Positions 63,901 to 64,000 of a stretch of DNA of 64,000 bases are shown here, in pieces; within the stretch, counting starts at the first letter, position 1, and each line of letters starts with the position of its first letter. The DNA lies in assembly GCA_036172245.1 (NCBI GenBank), contig JAYWIR010000022.1:186001-250000 (forward strand), in the 5' to 3' direction. This DNA is from Raillietiella orientalis (Eukaryota). Made by a program: the position numbers and the translations under genes. Under the pieces are notes generated by a model. The model saw nothing but the letters and a program-made list of their open reading frames with translations. It had not been told where the DNA came from and searched no databases.

Positions 63901-64000
63901 CCTGCGCCGGGGAGCGCGTGTCCGCTCACCCCGGCCCCCTTACAGCCCCTGAAGACCCTATTCTCCGACCTGGAGTACGCGGACGTGGACTACCGGGCTT
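45493..64000 (+). CDS. fred: Multi-exon gene for an echinoid/friend-of-echinoid-like Ig-superfamily cell adhesion protein (signal peptide, 9 Ig-like domains, TM, cytoplasmic tail); 3' end runs past the window
   Basis: Exons join in frame via GT-AG introns: 45493-45556, 54324-54504, 54558-54712, 54773-55105, 55342-55508, 55583-55733, 55805-55916, 59447-59625, 59772-60101, 60201-60467, 60525-60875, 60950-61204, 61261-61524, 61612-61656, 61722-61853, 62077-62119, 62297-62451, 62717-62808, then either 62948-63262 + 63532-63774 (stop) or 63946->end. Repeated Ig signatures (C...W...DxGxYxC) and phase-1 introns between domains. The Ig-CAM call is secure. The fred label rests on the lack of FnIII and recalled tail motifs YENLPFHG and YADVDY, so it is less certain. 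Confidence 0.85.
45913..45944 (+). repeat. (TG)16 microsatellite in intron 1
   Basis: Read directly. Confidence 0.95.
51885..52000 (+). repeat. Left arm of a ~115 bp diverged inverted repeat in intron 1 (partner 53796-53911)
   Basis: ttcattcctgtgcgcacgtgcga...cttcgtatccgtggaaacg...atggctgcagcccttgccc aligns to the reverse complement of the partner at roughly 80% by eye. Confidence 0.88.
53796..53911 (-). repeat. Right arm of the ~115 bp intronic inverted repeat
   Basis: Same alignment as the left arm. Confidence 0.88.
54324..54504 (+). CDS. fred: Exon 2: Ig1 N-half (AVRAKELKLLVKEDAVLECPVPRSRCGDVHTIKWYKDQERIF...)
   Basis: cccttttag acceptor, AG|gtaatg donor, Ig Cys and WYK motif. Confidence 0.92.
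54558..54712 (+). CDS. fred: Exon 3: Ig1 C-half (TKLLESANGTSMDLRIFSVAPLDSGRYKCDITY...)
   Basis: DSGRYKC motif; the aag acceptor is the nearby one that restores the frame; G|gtgagg donor. Confidence 0.9.
54773..55105 (+). CDS. fred: Exon 4: Ig2 (VPPEYVAL...VTCESGGGRPFPSVSWW...DIGARFRCSAENEV...)
   Basis: cacag acceptor, G|gtgagc donor, C2-type Ig motifs. Confidence 0.93.
55342..55508 (+). CDS. fred: Exon 5: Ig3 N-half (VAPMDMEMVGLRGPVKEGTHLSLSCKVSGAKPAANVSWFNG...)
   Basis: ttccag acceptor, CAG|gtaagc donor. Confidence 0.92.
55583..55733 (+). CDS. fred: Exon 6: Ig3 C-half (EDGTLETESILSFEASRFENSRKFRCQATNEV...)
   Basis: tttccag acceptor, T|gtaaga donor. Confidence 0.92.
55805..55916 (+). CDS. 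fred: Exon 7: Ig4 N-half (YAPFVAVSPDNVTVAEETDFFLICSYDANPANLTRVIW)
   Basis: ttcccag acceptor; TG|gtacgt donor splits the Ig Trp codon. Confidence 0.9.
59447..59625 (+). CDS. fred: Exon 8: Ig4 C-half (YRDAQEIYLDPDKYSGGYADVPSLMIRNVSRDDAAEYSCFLENEIG...)
   Basis: ctgac branch-like site and ccttcag acceptor complete W-Y-R; C|gtgagt donor. Confidence 0.92.
59772..60101 (+). CDS. fred: Exon 9: Ig5 (VPEVRIEMVP...NVTLRC...VKWFFND...SGNYSCQGKNQAGWS...)
   Basis: tttccag acceptor, T|gtgagt donor. Confidence 0.93.
60201..60467 (+). CDS. fred: Exon 10: Ig6 (YAPGDSFLTYHPLKVVKKSSVTLTCNVFDPGHP...YKWYRNG...ANFSCSAVNFVG...)
   Basis: ttttccag acceptor, G|gtgagt donor. Confidence 0.93.
60525..60875 (+). CDS. 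fred: Exon 11: Ig7 (AAPAFIERLPPYYG...LTCQVECIPLCRVEWIRNG...DGGNYTCRSSGN...)
   Basis: cttgcag acceptor, T|gtgagt donor. Confidence 0.93.
60950..61204 (+). CDS. fred: Exon 12: Ig8 (FSPENVSL...VSCSADAYPAPTYNWT...DAGVYTCVAWNRHG...)
   Basis: ctgcag acceptor, T|gtaagc donor, DAGVYTC motif. Confidence 0.93.
61261..61524 (+). CDS. fred: Exon 13: Ig9 (YKPECAIERQ...LVCEVSADPDAVDFRW...AGMYRCFANNSVG...PCEIDVR)
   Basis: tag acceptor, G|gtaggc donor. Confidence 0.92.
61612..61656 (+). CDS. fred: Exon 14: 45-nt juxtamembrane mini-exon (ARHVARPHSWWRFWT)
   Basis: ctaac/ttaac branch-like sites, cccag acceptor, C|gtgagt donor; phase 1-1. Confidence 0.65.
61722..61853 (+). CDS. fred: Exon 15: transmembrane helix (PQLWLASVGVDDAMLAAIVCGALVVLALLLVLAVWCCRRRREK)
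   Basis: Hydrophobic run followed by CC and a basic stop-transfer RRRREK; ctgac branch, gcag acceptor, G|gtgagt donor. Confidence 0.92.
62077..62119 (+). CDS. fred: Exon 16: cytoplasmic (VDARGGAAGSMNER)
   Basis: ctgac...actag acceptor, AG|gtaagg donor; phases fit the neighbours. Confidence 0.7.
62297..62451 (+). CDS. fred: Exon 17: cytoplasmic (SSEEADWPAQEKTPPARPPPPRP...RRRRRTGSSGRD)
   Basis: ttttccag acceptor (a second in-frame acceptor exists at 62359/62360), G|gtgagt donor. Confidence 0.65.
62717..62808 (+). CDS. fred: Exon 18: cytoplasmic (DPSRTNRLDGQEDRLFYENLPFHGLQAPPNK)
   Basis: ctaac branch, cttccag acceptor, AAG|gt phase-0 donor; YENLPFHG tyrosine motif. Confidence 0.88.
62948..63262 (+). 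CDS. fred: Exon 19 (probably alternative): VGADGPRPPSRLSQNGSSGYGSTHSQLD...WWSSQEE
   Basis: Open in phase 0-0, GC3-rich codons, gcag acceptor, GAG|gtcagt donor. Confidence 0.7.
63532..63774 (+). CDS. fred: Exon 20 (alternative terminal coding exon): APATPR...PYTHDSLQLVRVSAEVDV*
   Basis: actaac branch, tttgcctag acceptor, open in phase 0 to a TAG that directly abuts a gtaagg donor. Confidence 0.6.
   Translation, partial: APATPRTGTAVAAAAACSREEPPGRFPGLAVPHACCRMLPPPLPPAPSRVVTSAPGQPLLLLPYTHDSLQLVRVSAEVDV
63946..64000 (+). CDS. fred: Exon 21 (partial): PLKTLFSDLEYADVDYRA...
   Basis: ctcac branch-like site, ccttacag acceptor, phase 0 compatible with exons 18 and 19; strongly GC3-biased codons. Confidence 0.82.

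Overview
Eukaryotic, very probably arthropod, genomic DNA with GC-rich exons and mostly short GT-AG introns. One protein-coding gene is well supported. It lies on the + strand and encodes a type-I transmembrane immunoglobulin-superfamily adhesion protein of the echinoid / friend-of-echinoid (fred) type. It was assembled by hand from 21 exons with consistent splice phases. A signal-peptide exon at 45493-45556 is followed by an 8.8 kb intron, nine Ig-like domains (54324-61524) with no FnIII, a TM helix, and a cytoplasmic tail that appears alternatively spliced. One tail form ends in EVDV* at 63774 (1277 aa). The other joins PPNK to a LEYADVDY exon that runs off the window. The first 45 kb hold no credible gene; the ORF track there is GC-driven noise. 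That region contains a ~420 bp inverted duplication with an identical core and diverged edges, a smaller inverted pair, microsatellites and several heavily decayed retroelement-like remnants (low confidence). A further inverted pair lies in intron 1. I found no tRNA, rRNA, CRISPR array or intact transposon, and no clearly new biological system. Family assignments rest on motif recognition, not database searches.
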